A stretch of DNA of 48,178 nt from a virus (taxonomy: Duplodnaviria; Heunggongvirae; Uroviricota; Caudoviricetes): the IMG/VR virus record IMGVR_UViG_3300006143_000285. One strand, 5' to 3'. The notes under the pieces were generated by a model, which saw only the letters and a list, made by a program, of their open reading frames with translations, did no database searches and was not told the origin of the DNA. Position 1 is the stretch's first letter. Each line of letters starts with the position of its first letter. The translations under genes were made by a program, and so were the position numbers. This document shows, piece by piece, positions 27,763 through 37,720 of this stretch.

Positions 27763-29529
27763 TTATGTCATATAAGTTATACAAATAGGTACAGTCATTC
27801 CGTGATGGTTGCATCGTGTAACTGTGCAGGCTTTCTTTCCGCCATCAATACGGCAACTCCAATAGCAACCATCGGTCATTGGAGCATCATACCCCACAGT
27901 ATATCTGGGCGCAGTGATATTATTGGGCAATGTAAATACTGTGCCGCTATGAATAGTGCTTAAAGTCCCCTGAATGGAAACAACATTGCCTATTTGACGG
28001 GCATACAACGTGGTACTAATTTTGACCCAACCAGTATCTGTTAATTTAGCTTGATAATCTCCAACTCCAGCAGCTCCAATATTATCACGAATTTTCTTTT
28101 TAGCATCTTCATCTTTAGCCATATCACTCAAACAGTTAGCCAAAGTGGGATAGCCCGACAAGTCGCTTGAAGTCAATGCCCCAATCTCACTACATAAAGT
28201 GTCTTTGCTTTTATTGTCTGTTATAAATTGAGCCAGACCGCCATTTTTAATAGCGAATTTCTGATTGCATTCCGTCTGGGTGTAAACCAACGTTGCATCC
28301 ACCTTCTCTTTAATAGAAGAGTCAAAAGTGGTTTTCAATACATATTTCTCAGACAATGGCTGACCGTTTTCTTGGATAATGGGGGCGATGTTAACGTAAT
28401 CAACACCCTCAATTTGAATGGCTCCAAGCAAATTGTAAAGTTTGAAAATGGAGTTTGCCAAATCAGCGTAACCCAAATATGCCATTTCATTGTCAGTTGA
28501 ATCCTGCCAGCTGATTAGTTTGCGTAAGGACGCATCAGACTTAGGCTTGTTGCTCTTTAATACAATGCCAGTTTCAGCAGATGAATTAAGAGTAAGGCCA
28601 GTAAACATATCAACCCACGCATTTTTGCCATTGACACTAATCAACTTTGCACCTTTGCCATTGCCGATCACAGTATTGCGATAATATGTGTTTGCGCCTT
28701 TGTAACCAATAAGGTTAATATTCAGTTCACCGTTATCCGCAGCAGTTGAAGTGTTATATAGATTTGTGCTGGAAAAGCCAAGCGACCCCACTGTTGCTTT
28801 TGATACATTAATCGGTTGTGCAAATGTAATCAACGTATCTGTCAATGTTGCCAATAGTGCGGAATTCTTGTAAAACAGAAAACCACCACTACCATGAGAA
28901 GCAACCATTCGATATTTTGTGGCACCATTATCAACAACCGATTCAACAACCATATTGGAGCCGTCATAATACATCTGGGCATTACCACCCAGTGTCGCCA
29001 ATGCAATCTTATTTCTTGCCTTTACATCTCCTGTCGCTTCAAGATTCTCAACCAATAATGTACCCTTGGCAGACTGTGAAGTGGCCGATGCTTCTCTTAG
29101 GACAGCATATTTTCCAAACCAAGCGTCTTTCAACCGAAGCCCACCAGCAGAGGTAATGCGAATACTTTGTGGGATGCTATCGGTTAGCCCTGTAATGGTT
29201 GTAGGAACCACAGAACCAATTGCGCAACCCCATATATTTCGACCCACCTTCTCGCCTCCAGACTGATATGGGATATTTTCAGTCGAATTAACTTCATAGA
29301 TGAACTGAGGCCACGATTGAATATCGGTAGCCCCTGTGAATGAGCGGAGCTTGCCATTCAAATATACTATACCCGGTGTTATTGTTGACCCCGAAACTTC
29401 ACAGCCTGAAACTATGAAATTGTCGCAACCATCAAAAATAGAGCATATTGCTAATGCCAATTCTTGAAGGTTGAGCACATCATCGACATAAGTGAAGCGT
29501 CCACCGGTTTGCGAGCTAAACTCTTTCAT
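27763..29529 (-). CDS. Tail fibre / baseplate-attached tail protein
   Basis: Follows baseplate genes; beta-rich; C-terminal DTGW...YARQIGNVVSIQG...FTLP typical of tail-fibre tips. Confidence 0.65.
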   Translation of the reverse strand: MKEFSSQTGGRFTYVDDVLNLQELALAICSIFDGCDNFIVSGCEVSGSTITPGIVYLNGKLRSFTGATDIQSWPQFIYEVNSTENIPYQSGGEKVGRNIWGCAIGSVVPTTITGLTDSIPQSIRITSAGGLRLKDAWFGKYAVLREASATSQSAKGTLLVENLEATGDVKARNKIALATLGGNAQMYYDGSNMVVESVVDNGATKYRMVASHGSGGFLFYKNSALLATLTDTLITFAQPINVSKATVGSLGFSSTNLYNTSTAADNGELNINLIGYKGANTYYRNTVIGNGKGAKLISVNGKNAWVDMFTGLTLNSSAETGIVLKSNKPKSDASLRKLISWQDSTDNEMAYLGYADLANSIFKLYNLLGAIQIEGVDYVNIAPIIQENGQPLSEKYVLKTTFDSSIKEKVDATLVYTQTECNQKFAIKNGGLAQFITDNKSKDTLCSEIGALTSSDLSGYPTLANCLSDMAKDEDAKKKIRDNIGAAGVGDYQAKLTDTGWVKISTTLYARQIGNVVSIQGTLSTIHSGTVFTLPNNITAPRYTVGYDAPMTDGCYWSCRIDGGKKACTVTRCNHHGMTVPICITYMT

Positions 29530-30086
29530 TAATTGAATATGATTTTATATGTTTTTCCGGAGATTCGATATTTGTCCACATAATGAGTTAACATAGCAAG
29601 AAACTCTTTCTCAGTTATACCATCTCGCAACAATTGAGAAGTGTCGTCTTTCCATAATGCAGGGCAACAGACTAAAAAGCTATAGGCTGCGCCTTCAGTT
29701 AACTCATTGCTATGATAAAGTTGTGCAGTGTTTTCAGCCTCAGCTTCTGGTCCTTGATATAGAATGAATTGCTCTGAATCTGGAATGTCCGAAGCCGCTT
29801 GGTTGAATATAGGTGTGCCTATTTTCTCTCCATTTTTAATAGTAATCCGTTGAGTGGAATCTGCAAAATATTTTTGAAACTTTCGATTCAAAAACCACTC
29901 CAACTTGAAAATTTGAGAAGTCATTGCGGCTTCAATCTTTGTTTCTTTGGCCCAACTCACAAATCTGTCATTCACATGTTGCAAGGGCTTCATACAAGAT
30001 TGCAAAAACAATATCAATCGCCTGTCTCCAAGATAATATGGAACCAATTGATTAATTATTCTGTCGAAATTTATCGCATATCTCAT
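29529..30086 (-). CDS. Baseplate wedge-type protein
   Basis: LEWFLNRKF motif; between baseplate J-like and tail fibre genes. Confidence 0.5.
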   Translation of the reverse strand: MRYAINFDRIINQLVPYYLGDRRLILFLQSCMKPLQHVNDRFVSWAKETKIEAAMTSQIFKLEWFLNRKFQKYFADSTQRITIKNGEKIGTPIFNQAASDIPDSEQFILYQGPEAEAENTAQLYHSNELTEGAAYSFLVCCPALWKDDTSQLLRDGITEKEFLAMLTHYVDKYRISGKTYKIIFN

Positions 30087-31006
30087 TCGCCTTCAATTTT
30101 CAAAACGATTGCAGATTTCCAAGTAGGCAAAGTCTCTTCTAAATCTGTGCCGGTACTTTCCTTGACATACCCGCTATTCGGTACAAAGAAACGCTCTACA
30201 CGTTCCTCATAAGAGATTACAGAACCATCATTTGCTGTTATGCGAGGAATTAGATTGTTGTCATCATCATACTGAGCGACAAAGATGCCTTGCCGATCAG
30301 TAGCAGAATTGTCAATATAGACATCCACAACATGCTCCGCCTTCTGGATTGCATCAATAACTTTTTGGGCGTAAATAACACCGTTAAAGTCCAAGTTTGC
30401 AATAAAATCATTCAAAGCATTTTCGATATTGCTATATACCTCTTCCGCTGGAACCGCCCCATCATAGTACACTGTCACTCGTGGAATCAGCACATCACCT
30501 TTTCGACTTACCATTACAAAATGAGTGCCTGCGAATGCAATCTGACGTAGATATGCGCGAGCTGCGAGTAGTTCGTCATCCGACAATCTTTCATAATGAC
30601 CCGGTTCGCCCTTCGCAACTTTCAGCAACAATTCTTTGTCCTTAAACCCAACTTCCTCGTTTTCAGAATATGCCACTTTGGTGATTATACGTTTTGAAGT
30701 GTCAACAGTCGGGTAAGAAAACTGTGTACCTTCTTCATTCATCATCAGCTCATCTCCATGCTGATATTTCAACATAGCATTGGCGTAATAAGCTGGAGTT
30801 CCATTGATGCGGTTTTGGAGTTCTTTGGCTAAGTCAACTTTAAATACATCAAGAATGTTCTCAAAAGTCCAAATACAAGCCGACGTAACCCAAGTAAAAG
30901 CATCAAGAATAGACATCTTGGAGCTATTCTGAAATTCAGTCAATTGAAGATATTGGTCGCGACAGCCTTTGGCTACGCTATATATTTCAGTCAGTGTTCT
31001 TGCCAT
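30083..31006 (-). CDS. Baseplate J-like protein
   Basis: GTPAYYA...KYQHGD...LLKVAKG...FNGVIYAQKVIDAIQKAEHVVDV pattern and gene context. Confidence 0.55.
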   Translation of the reverse strand: MARTLTEIYSVAKGCRDQYLQLTEFQNSSKMSILDAFTWVTSACIWTFENILDVFKVDLAKELQNRINGTPAYYANAMLKYQHGDELMMNEEGTQFSYPTVDTSKRIITKVAYSENEEVGFKDKELLLKVAKGEPGHYERLSDDELLAARAYLRQIAFAGTHFVMVSRKGDVLIPRVTVYYDGAVPAEEVYSNIENALNDFIANLDFNGVIYAQKVIDAIQKAEHVVDVYIDNSATDRQGIFVAQYDDDNNLIPRITANDGSVISYEERVERFFVPNSGYVKESTGTDLEETLPTWKSAIVLKIEGE

Positions 31007-31881
31007 TATTCTGCTGTATAAATATTGTCATTGATATGGAAAACCCATTTGTTAGGCTCATTCCATTCAGGCTCACCGATGATAGTTTCTATCGCCTGCA
31101 TACCTCTCTCGGTAGGTTCGGTATCAAGCCAGACTTCACAAGCGCGACGATTCTGGTGATTGCTCACCAAATTCTCAAGATAATCATCGAGAACATCTAC
31201 TGTCTGAAATTTTACGCCCAGCAGATTTAGCTGCGACAGTTCCATATCGTAGATTGGTTTCAAATCAAGCACTAACATTCGTTGCAAGTCAACCAAATAA
31301 GTGCCTTTGAACAAGAATAGTCCCTCTAAATAGTTGTCGTTTGACTGAGAGATGTACTCATCTACCGTCAATGGTTGCGTCAAATACATCTCTCCTTCCA
31401 TATTGGTTGTATCGAGACGCATTATGTCAAATTCGCCATATATGCGGATTCTGCGAACATCTACTTGATTGTCGAAATAATGTTCTATGATCTGTTGTGT
31501 ATGAGTTAGAACAACAACCTCCAATAAAGAATTGTCTCCCCAGTCTATAATCATTTGGCCTTCGCCAGAAACTGAGAACATAAAACTATCCAGTTCTGCC
31601 GGTGTTTTGACAATCATTCTCAATGGCGCATCCGGATGCTTGAAATAGACTTGACGTTCACTATTGACAGGCACGATATTGTTGTCATTTAGCTGATTGA
31701 CTATACTTGGATTGATAATAAAGGTGTCGTGATACTCCAACTCCATGCCAGCAATCAGTTCTGTATTCATATTTAAGTTGGGGTTGGAAATCAGCAAGTC
31801 AAACAACCCTTCAACTGTACCATATAAATGTAGCGCAATATCATAGAGATTCTGCGATCCTTTTACTTTATACTTTGCCAT
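31006..31881 (-). CDS. Baseplate/tail protein with N-terminal LysM-like (tail X) domain
   Basis: YKVKGSQNLYDIALHLYGTVEGLFDLLISNP. Confidence 0.6.
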   Translation of the reverse strand: MAKYKVKGSQNLYDIALHLYGTVEGLFDLLISNPNLNMNTELIAGMELEYHDTFIINPSIVNQLNDNNIVPVNSERQVYFKHPDAPLRMIVKTPAELDSFMFSVSGEGQMIIDWGDNSLLEVVVLTHTQQIIEHYFDNQVDVRRIRIYGEFDIMRLDTTNMEGEMYLTQPLTVDEYISQSNDNYLEGLFLFKGTYLVDLQRMLVLDLKPIYDMELSQLNLLGVKFQTVDVLDDYLENLVSNHQNRRACEVWLDTEPTERGMQAIETIIGEPEWNEPNKWVFHINDNIYTAE

Positions 31882-32566
31882 TTGAATCTACTAACGATGT
31901 GTCAAGTTCAAGATACAATTTCCGTTGCTCGTGGTCATATTCCGCACTGATTACCGGTGTACCATCATTTGAAAATTCACTCTGAAGTACTTCCGCAAGG
32001 CCAGCTACATCAATCTTGCTGTTGGCCCAACGAATCAAGCCAACTCCAAGCAGCGGATAACGATAATTATTGCTTGGCACACAAGCCAACATCATATTCT
32101 TATTTTGTGTATTTGCATTGATGATATTGAAGTCTGATTCATTGCCTGAATACAACGTCACCAGTCCACAATCAAATGTGCAATAAAATCGGTCTTCTGA
32201 GATTATGATCAGCTCTGAGGCATAAATATTGGCAGTTTCTTGCCCATATATACCCGCCTGCACCAAGAACCATTCTGTACCATCTACAGGGTTGGTAATA
32301 TATGTATCATGCTCACTACCATACTCTCGTTTGAAACGTAGCTTAAACTCCTTGTAAATAGGAGTGTATGGAATAACGATATAAACCCCCTTTGTCTTGA
32401 TGGATTCCTCTGATTGTGTAGCTGGAATGGTCACTTCACCATACAAGTATCGCTGCTCCATATTTGCGGGCTGATCAACCCATTTGAAATCTCGAAGCAC
32501 TGTCCGGTTCTTAGCTGGTAAAGTGATGTCACCAGTATTTATATGTATTTCAATGTCTTTTCTCAT
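31868..32566 (-). CDS. Putative baseplate protein
   Basis: C-terminal NNYRYPLLGVGLIRW segment; structural-module context. Confidence 0.5.
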   Translation of the reverse strand: MRKDIEIHINTGDITLPAKNRTVLRDFKWVDQPANMEQRYLYGEVTIPATQSEESIKTKGVYIVIPYTPIYKEFKLRFKREYGSEHDTYITNPVDGTEWFLVQAGIYGQETANIYASELIIISEDRFYCTFDCGLVTLYSGNESDFNIINANTQNKNMMLACVPSNNYRYPLLGVGLIRWANSKIDVAGLAEVLQSEFSNDGTPVISAEYDHEQRKLYLELDTSLVDSNGKV

Positions 32567-32568
32567 TA

Positions 32569-35340
32569 TTAGGCTTTTTCAAGTGAACATTCATAATTTA
32601 CCAAAGTATATCTGAAGCCATCTTTTTTAGAAATCATTAAGGTGATACAACAGGGAGCGATTTGACGAACTCCTTGCGACCCTCCATATTGCATCTGATA
32701 AGTACAATCTTTATAAACATATCTGGATGTCGCTATTGGATAATCGCTTTTAGATCCTGTGCCGTTGTATATGTCTTTGAGAATCACAAATTGTGAACCG
32801 GGACGCAGCATTATGGTTACAATTGCCACAAAATCATCTGGAAGATTATTATAATAACCAAATTGTCTTGCTACGGATGCTTCTTGAGGCAATGTCATAT
32901 TCGTTGCAGTAGGCGCATACAACAATATTAGATTATTTTGAGAAAAATCCAAAGAATATGTACCAGAACTATCAAATGTTAAAAATGTGGCTCCTGTTGT
33001 AACAAACGCTGGTGCCAACAATGCAGCATTGGAAGAAATACCATAATTTTTAGTGCCTCCTGTAACATCAATAAAAAGTCCATAATTCGCTTGGTCAAAT
33101 CCATAACTTCCCATAGTATTAGGAGCATTATTAACAATACGTCCTACAGCTGTAAAGGCACCACCAGCAGATCCGGGAATAACATCATTGCCGAACATCA
33201 CATAGCCCTTATTCCCGCCGACTTTCAAGAAATCTTTAGAAATCGTTAAGTTTGCCCAAGATGCTTGTGGGTTTGATGATGAAGGCTCATCATTTAACGA
33301 AGAGTCAACACCAATATAACCATCAGAAATTACAAAGCCAGCGATACTGCCTGAGTCTGCTTCAATACGACCTTTAACGGTCAATTTCCCGTCTTGATCC
33401 CACTCAATGTTCTTTGCCGCCAAATAACCAGAACCATCCCGCTTCAAGGCCCATTTACCCTCCACAGAGAAAAGTTCATCTGCATCAATTCTGTCAGCCT
33501 TTAATTTACCGGTTGTAATCAAATTAGCATCAATCTTCCCGGTAAAAATTCCATTAGCATCAAAATATGTGCCTTTGGTCATAACGCCGTCCGTACCAGT
33601 TACATTGCCCCAAGCAATTTTGACTGTACTATCTAATGTGATGTCGCCATTAGTATTCCAACTGATGTGACCTCCAGCTATTGCGCCAGAACCATCTGCT
33701 TCAAGTCTGAACTTATAGCCTCTTAAACCATCTGGCGATAGTGTGATATTGCCAGCTTTCGCAAATTGACCAGACGGTGTGAATTGTGCTCCAGTAAACA
33801 AACACTCATTACTAAACCACCATCCACCAATATAACTTATGGAATTTGTTAATTGAAAGGTCATTTTCCCCTCATCATCTTGACCGCGCAATGTTGGTCC
33901 TGAAGGTAATATGGCTAAATAAATTCCACCGTGTTTACGGATATGAGAATCAAAATTTGTATATGCTTCTGGCAAATCTGTATTGGATAAAAACAAGCCG
34001 GTATATCCAGTGGCAGATACCAAAGCGGCTTTTGAAGTAGCAAAGTGGTTGCTATTTAGTTTCCAACCAGCAATAGTGCCGCCGTCTTTTGTGAAATGAA
34101 GCAAGCCTCCGACAAAGCTAATTTCTCCATCTGTATCTATATACCAATTCCTACCACGAATACCGGCTGTGCCAATTGTTATAAAGCCATCAGCTGAAGT
34201 GGTCTGTTTGGCAGTGTTGTTTTTGGCACCAAGATATAAGGCATTATTGTCAAAATTCCAGCCAGCAATTCTGTTTTGACTACCTAACGAGAATACTTTC
34301 TTGTCATCGTCAATATTCGCTGTGGTGCCACAAGGTAGCCAACCTTCCAGACCATAAGAATTGCCATTGGTATAAAACATTGCCACACCACCATATACCT
34401 TCACGAATTGATGGAATTGGTCAACGGTTGGCTCTATATAATACACCAAAGTTGACGCATTGTAGATACCTATATATCTACTGACAGAATCAATAAGTAT
34501 GGATGGTGCTCGCAGTGAGTGTTCTCCAATCTTCCAACCGCCTATTTCTCCTGATGTAGACTTAATAACGCCTTCAAAATCAGCATCACCATTACTATAG
34601 AAATTGACCTTTCCACTGGCAAAAGATGCGGAGCCATCTTTGTTCAACTGCCAAGCCATTGTATTGTCTGGGGCTGAAATAATGGTACCTTCTGAAAGAA
34701 TTTTCAAATATCCATCAGCAGTCTGTATGCCGCCATTATTAATCTGCCACCCCCCAATTACTCCACCAGTTTCTGTCAACTGAAAAATGATGTCATCATT
34801 TTTGTAGCCATATAGACCGGTACTGCCATTGTTGCCAAAAGATGGGCCCATATAGACACCAGTAATCTGACCGTCTGCATTTTTCGTACCCGCAAATATC
34901 TTAGGCGTAATGACCCATTTGCCTGTAATCTCAGTATATGTGCCGTTCCAATCAAGAATCCAATCTAACATAGATGTTTCTCGGACAACAGTATATGAGA
35001 ATGTGGCGGTAGTGACAAATTCATCGCCAACCTTGATTTGAAGCTGGAAGTTACCAGTCAAATCAGTGGTGGGAATTGTCAGAATTTTGATGCGCCATGT
35101 TGTTGTATCAACCTTGGTTATCTCGGCTGTTGCGGCATTTGACGTACTCAAAATAATGGGTTTGTCAAATGCCATCGCTGTTTCTCCGCGAATTACTCGA
35201 ATGTCAGAATAAGCATAATCCAGCTTGGGATTCTGTCCATTATAGTCGGCATTTATAACGCACGAACTCGGTGAGAGCGATACTGAAAAAGCATCGTTCA
35301 CCGAGTTCAATGTTATCATTCCTTGTGCGATTGTAGCCAT
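32569..35340 (-). CDS. Large tail protein with IGGW/IAGW repeats
   Basis: Six I[GA]G[WF] repeat units and WxLxxDGSxxxAxG motifs; tail context. Confidence 0.65.
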   Translation of the reverse strand: MATIAQGMITLNSVNDAFSVSLSPSSCVINADYNGQNPKLDYAYSDIRVIRGETAMAFDKPIILSTSNAATAEITKVDTTTWRIKILTIPTTDLTGNFQLQIKVGDEFVTTATFSYTVVRETSMLDWILDWNGTYTEITGKWVITPKIFAGTKNADGQITGVYMGPSFGNNGSTGLYGYKNDDIIFQLTETGGVIGGWQINNGGIQTADGYLKILSEGTIISAPDNTMAWQLNKDGSASFASGKVNFYSNGDADFEGVIKSTSGEIGGWKIGEHSLRAPSILIDSVSRYIGIYNASTLVYYIEPTVDQFHQFVKVYGGVAMFYTNGNSYGLEGWLPCGTTANIDDDKKVFSLGSQNRIAGWNFDNNALYLGAKNNTAKQTTSADGFITIGTAGIRGRNWYIDTDGEISFVGGLLHFTKDGGTIAGWKLNSNHFATSKAALVSATGYTGLFLSNTDLPEAYTNFDSHIRKHGGIYLAILPSGPTLRGQDDEGKMTFQLTNSISYIGGWWFSNECLFTGAQFTPSGQFAKAGNITLSPDGLRGYKFRLEADGSGAIAGGHISWNTNGDITLDSTVKIAWGNVTGTDGVMTKGTYFDANGIFTGKIDANLITTGKLKADRIDADELFSVEGKWALKRDGSGYLAAKNIEWDQDGKLTVKGRIEADSGSIAGFVISDGYIGVDSSLNDEPSSSNPQASWANLTISKDFLKVGGNKGYVMFGNDVIPGSAGGAFTAVGRIVNNAPNTMGSYGFDQANYGLFIDVTGGTKNYGISSNAALLAPAFVTTGATFLTFDSSGTYSLDFSQNNLILLYAPTATNMTLPQEASVARQFGYYNNLPDDFVAIVTIMLRPGSQFVILKDIYNGTGSKSDYPIATSRYVYKDCTYQMQYGGSQGVRQIAPCCITLMISKKDGFRYTLVNYECSLEKA

Positions 35341-35388
35341 TCTTCGTGTTTATGAAGAATAGTACAAGCTCCAAGTATGGGTTAAGTA

Positions 35389-35751
35389 TTACCGCTTACA
35401 TTCAAGATATTCCTTGGCCAATTCCTTAGCGTGATTTCTCCACGCCTGCAATTCAAGTGCTTCGTTACGATATTCCTTTGCTTTATCTTCCGGAACTGAA
35501 GTAGCATCAAGCATTAGCTGCATCATATTAGAATTAATAGCCTCAATCTGGTCTGAACTATATTTTGCGTAAATAATAGCAGTCACAATTGCGCCATAGT
35601 TCCATACTCCTAATCCAAGAGTTGCGCTGACCCATTCAAATGAGCCATCTTCTTTCTCTTGAACATCGAAATTAATTGTCCTCTGTTTAATTCCAACTAC
35701 CTTAACGAAGGTCACTGCTTCCGGTTTCGTAGTTCCAGTTTGGATATTCAT
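35389..35751 (-). CDS. Small tail-fibre-associated protein
   Basis: IIYAKYSSDQIEAI...LQAWRNHAKELAK; follows the fibre/DGR cassette. Confidence 0.55.
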   Translation of the reverse strand: MNIQTGTTKPEAVTFVKVVGIKQRTINFDVQEKEDGSFEWVSATLGLGVWNYGAIVTAIIYAKYSSDQIEAINSNMMQLMLDATSVPEDKAKEYRNEALELQAWRNHAKELAKEYLECKR

Positions 35752-37192
35752 ATCTAAGTTCCTCCTTGCGTATTAATTGTTGTTGATAGTCATATTTTCG
35801 CTTAATTCTTACAAATCCCATATCAGAGTTTAATACACAAACCTTGCGAATGTCTTCAAGATAGGGTTTATAGAGTTTTGAGCGCATCTGAAATGAACGA
35901 TGATGAACTGAGAAACCAATGTAAGAATTCATTGAAGATACCTCGTTCTGCAATCGCTTCAATTTACTCAAGGTAGCTCCACGATTGGCGATAGAACGAC
36001 AAAGAGCTGCCAATGTAAAGATTTGATCGTGCATTCCGCCATAAGTACGGCTTGCCAAATATGTTCTATGAGGCATAATTGTTGTTCCCACAAATTTGCA
36101 GCCGTGAGATACTTTCTGGAGATAGAATTTGTCTCTGTGCAAAGTCAGATGGAGATACAGGCTGAGCCATCTTTCAGCAATGGCTCGGATTTTCAAGATT
36201 GCTTCTTTACTACCTACGATAGTGAAATCATCGACAAATCGTTTATAACAACAGCCATATCTCATACACAATTTCAACATTATCGCATCAAAGAACGACA
36301 AGTAGAAGTTTGCACACAATTGACTGAGAATGTTCCCGATCGCCATACCAAAGTGTCTCGGTCTATTAAACATAGACTTGTGAAATGGTAGGAAATCCCA
36401 CATGCGGATGTCCGATTTCCTAATGCAATCATCCTGAGGGCAATGAAATACTTGCTGTTTCGTCAATCTAAGCAAGACATCAAGATCCTTCTCGTGATAA
36501 TTCTCCTTGATAAATGGCTCCAGTAAGGCCCAAAGAATATTGCGGTCAATGTGCATAAAGAAAGCCTTAATGTCAAATCTTCCGACATGGACATCATCTT
36601 TCGTCCACATATCACTCATATACTCCATATCAACTTTAAGGGCTTGTGCTGCTCTTAAAGTCCCGAAGCCTTTCCTGCAATTAAAAGATACGTTGTGCTG
36701 TAAGAAAAAGCGGGTTTCAAATAGAGGGTTCAGCCTTAGACAAATCCAATGCTGAACAACCCTATCACGAAACGCTGCTGCAAAGATTTCCCTGAATGAT
36801 GGGAACTTTACGATGAAGCATGTTGATGTAGTGGGTTTGTAGTCTCCGTAGTATATCTCATACATAAGATTCCACAATTCCCAGTTCTCAATCATGCGCC
36901 ATTCTTCACATTGAGAAGTAGAATATTTATTGGCACAACAATCATCTTTGGCAACCACCCAACCTTCCTTAATCTCCGCATCTAATGCGACAACTGCACG
37001 AACCCGGTTACTGTTGTACTTGTTGTTGTTGTTCGTGTTGCCATCCGAGAAGTTGACGTTCCATGCGTTGTTGCGACTGTTCTCAGATGCGCTACGCGCA
37101 GTCATGTGGCTAATTTTCGTCGTAACAAAGTCCTGATTTCTCAGTAACTCTGTGCCACACCCATTCAATGATAAGAGATTATTAATATCCAC
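35702..37192 (-). CDS. DGR reverse transcriptase (ORF includes the TR in frame)
   Basis: REIFAAAFRDRVVQH, DIKAFF, GMAIGNILSQLCANFYL (DGR-type SQ motif), RFVDD, FVG; adjacent to Avd and TR/VR. Confidence 0.93.
   Translation of the reverse strand: MDINNLLSLNGCGTELLRNQDFVTTKISHMTARSASENSRNNAWNVNFSDGNTNNNNKYNSNRVRAVVALDAEIKEGWVVAKDDCCANKYSTSQCEEWRMIENWELWNLMYEIYYGDYKPTTSTCFIVKFPSFREIFAAAFRDRVVQHWICLRLNPLFETRFFLQHNVSFNCRKGFGTLRAAQALKVDMEYMSDMWTKDDVHVGRFDIKAFFMHIDRNILWALLEPFIKENYHEKDLDVLLRLTKQQVFHCPQDDCIRKSDIRMWDFLPFHKSMFNRPRHFGMAIGNILSQLCANFYLSFFDAIMLKLCMRYGCCYKRFVDDFTIVGSKEAILKIRAIAERWLSLYLHLTLHRDKFYLQKVSHGCKFVGTTIMPHRTYLASRTYGGMHDQIFTLAALCRSIANRGATLSKLKRLQNEVSSMNSYIGFSVHHRSFQMRSKLYKPYLEDIRKVCVLNSDMGFVRIKRKYDYQQQLIRKEELRYEYPNWNYETGSSDLR
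36984..37093 (-). repeat. DGR template repeat (TR)
   Basis: 110-nt near-identical copy of 37725-37834; 12 AAC codons; all 16 differences are at TR adenines (sense strand). Confidence 0.96.
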
Positions 37193-37228
37193 AACCTTAG
37201 TTATGTAATATGAAGCACTGCGACAACT

Positions 37229-37624
37229 TTATCGCCCAAGCCATGCGTCTATTTGGACGCTGATTTGGTTCACTAAGTCAACAAACTCACCCTCATGTCG
37301 TGGCGAAACTACAGGAATCAAGTCTCCCTTATGATTAGTAAACCTCACCTTTTTAAAGACGCGCACCATTGTTTTCAATGATGTCAAGCGTAGGTGTAGG
37401 TTTCCATGACATTCTTTACGAGCGGTAATATATGTTGCTGAATTTCTGTCAAGTCCATAAGCAATTGAAATGATGTCCAAACAATCATTTACATTACTTA
37501 TAAACTTACCTCCCAAAACTTGATAGGGAGTCGATTTCGGGAGACGACTAATCATCGGAATTGAAAGAATCATAAGTCGTTCCGTCAATCTATATACAGG
37601 AGTTTGTGAAGATTGGTGTTTCAT
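37229..37624 (-). CDS. avd: DGR accessory variability determinant (Avd-like four-helix bundle)
   Basis: PVYRLTERL...RLPKSTPYQVLGGKF...L...QIDAW pattern; lies between the target and TR/RT. Confidence 0.8.
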   Translation of the reverse strand: MKHQSSQTPVYRLTERLMILSIPMISRLPKSTPYQVLGGKFISNVNDCLDIISIAYGLDRNSATYITARKECHGNLHLRLTSLKTMVRVFKKVRFTNHKGDLIPVVSPRHEGEFVDLVNQISVQIDAWLGR

Positions 37625-37687
37625 ACCAAAGATAATATGTTGTGTGCCAACGATTTGCAAAACAATATAGATATTCCGGTATTTATA

Positions 37688-37711
37688 GCCCGGCTCTGGA
37701 AGGAGCCGGGC
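37688..37711 (-). promoter_or_regulatory. DGR target-recognition hairpin downstream of VR/IMH
   Basis: gcccggctc/gagccgggc, a 9-bp GC-rich stem with a 6-nt loop, 9 nt after the target stop codon. Confidence 0.8.
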
Positions 37712-37720
37712 GTACCGATT

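Noticed and set aside
27763-35340. Additional DGR variable repeats in other tail genes
   Set aside because: No second copy of the TR/IMH sequence was seen by eye at these gene ends; a full-prophage BLASTN of the TR is needed to exclude remote targets.
37013-37040. (GTT)n microsatellite / phase-variation tract
   Set aside because: It is the run of AAC codons of the DGR template repeat on the minus strand.
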